Position numbers and translations under genes: made by a program
Origin: Hemiscyllium ocellatum
Lineage: Eukaryota
Reading direction: 5' to 3'
DNA length: 64,000 nucleotides
NCBI RefSeq assembly: GCF_020745735.1
Contig: NC_083419.1
Coordinates: 42,368,085-42,432,084, forward strand
Part shown: positions 62,950 through 64,000 of the stretch, in pieces
How the letters are laid out: every line of letters begins with the position of its first letter
Numbering within the stretch: the first letter of the stretch is position 1
Notes under the pieces: model-generated
What the model saw: only the letters and a program-made list of their open reading frames with translations
Databases searched by the model: none
Told to the model about the DNA's origin: nothing

Positions 62950-64000
62950 ATTTGAAAATGCGTTGCTGGTTAAAGCACAGCAGGTCAGGCAGCATCCAAG
63001 GAATAGGAAATTCGACGTTTCGGGCATAAGCCCTTCATCAGGAATGAGGAGAGGGTGGCAGGCAGGTTAAGATAAAAGGTAGGGAGGAAGGACTTGGGGG
63101 AGGGGCGATGGAGATGTGATAGGTGGAAGGAGGTCAAGGTGAGGGTGATAGGCCGGAGTGGGGTGGGGGCGGAGAGGTTAGGAAGAAGATTGCAGGTTAG
63201 GAGGGCGGTGCTGAGTTGAGGGAACCGACTGAGACAAGGTGGGGGGAGGGGAAATGAGGAAACTGGAGAAATCCGAGTTCATCCCTTGTGGTTGGAGGGT
63301 TCCCAGGCGGAAGATGAGGCGTTCTTCCTCCAACCGTCGTGTTGTTATGTTTTGCCGGTGGAGGAGTCCAAGGACCTGCATGTCCTCGGTGGAGTGGGAG
63401 GGAGAGTTAAAGTGTTGAGCCACGGGGTGGTTGGGTTGGTTGGTCCGGGTGTCCCAGAGGTGTTCTCTGAAGCGTTCCGTAAGTAAGCGGCCCGTCTCCC
63501 CAATGTAGAGGAGGCCACATCGGGTGCAGCGGATGCAATAGATGATGTGTGTGGAGGTACAGGTGAACTTGTGGCGGATATGGAAGGATCCCTTGGGGTC
63601 TTGGAGGGATGTGAGGGAGGAGGTGTGGGCGCAAGTTTTACATTTCCTGCGGTTGCAGCGGACGGTGCCGGGAGTGGAGGTTGGGTTGGTGGGGGGTGTG
63701 GACCTGACGAGGGAGTCATGAAGGGAGTGGTCTTTGCGGAACGCTGATAGGGGAGGGGAGGGAAATATATCCCTGGTGGTGGGGTCCGTTTGGAGGTGGC
63801 GGAAATGACGGCGGATGATACGCTGTATACGGAGGTTGGTGGGGTGGTAGGTGAGAACCAGTGGGGTTCTGTCTTGGTGGCGGTTGGAGGGGCGGGGCTC
63901 AAGGGCGGAGGAGCGGGAAGTGGAGGAGATGCAATGGAGGGCATCGTCGACCACATTTGGGGGGAATCTGCGGTCCTTGAAGAAGGAGGCCATCTGGGCT
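62950..64000 (-). mobile_element. Young Penelope-like element 3' part (open GIY-YIG ORF 63178-63993) running off the window edge
   Basis: PLVLTYHP, CNRRKCKTC, IIYCIRCTRCGLLYIGETGR..ERFREH, HFNSPSH, LGTLQPQGMN; uninterrupted frame and high CpG content. Confidence 0.93.
63010..63045 (-). ncRNA. Minimal hammerhead ribozyme motif in a Penelope pLTR
   Basis: AUUC-CUGAUGA-AGGGC-UUAU-GCCC-GAAA-C-GUC-GAAU: intact core, stem II GGGC/GCCC, stem I AUUC/GAAU, palindromic ACGU in place of stem III. Confidence 0.8.

Noticed and set aside
1-64000. Prokaryotic-type systems (CRISPR arrays, operons, defence islands)
   Set aside because: The sequence is vertebrate, with spliceosomal introns; no regularly spaced direct-repeat array was seen.

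Overview
Eukaryotic genomic DNA from a cartilaginous fish (shark; inferred from HE1/V-SINE-type SINEs, elasmobranch-type CR1 LINEs and shark-type Penelope elements). The core is the conserved vertebrate head-to-head pair RHNO1 (minus strand, two coding exons, about 347 aa) and FOXM1 (plus strand, eight coding exons including a Va-like cassette, about 745 aa). They share a short CpG-rich bidirectional promoter with five CCAAT boxes and a CHR element. A GC-rich minus-strand first exon with RFX X-boxes at about 14.15 kb is probably TULP3, matching human synteny. The rest is intron or intergenic DNA dense with CR1, RTE, SINE and Penelope remnants, many carrying minimal hammerhead ribozyme cores and foldback structures. 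Most interesting observations: (1) a splice-created FOXM1 uORF ending in a TAATG stop/start overlap with the main start, with a tandem donor that would convert it to an N-terminal extension; (2) a templated copy of the RHNO1 acceptor and exon start, carrying a stop codon, inside an intronic CR1; (3) stacked uATGs before RHNO1; (4) a 0.5-kb Penelope palindrome with a hammerhead on each strand; (5) a chain of exon-like minus-strand segments downstream of FOXM1 that may be a decayed gene or lncRNA. All calls were made by eye; repeat boundaries are approximate.
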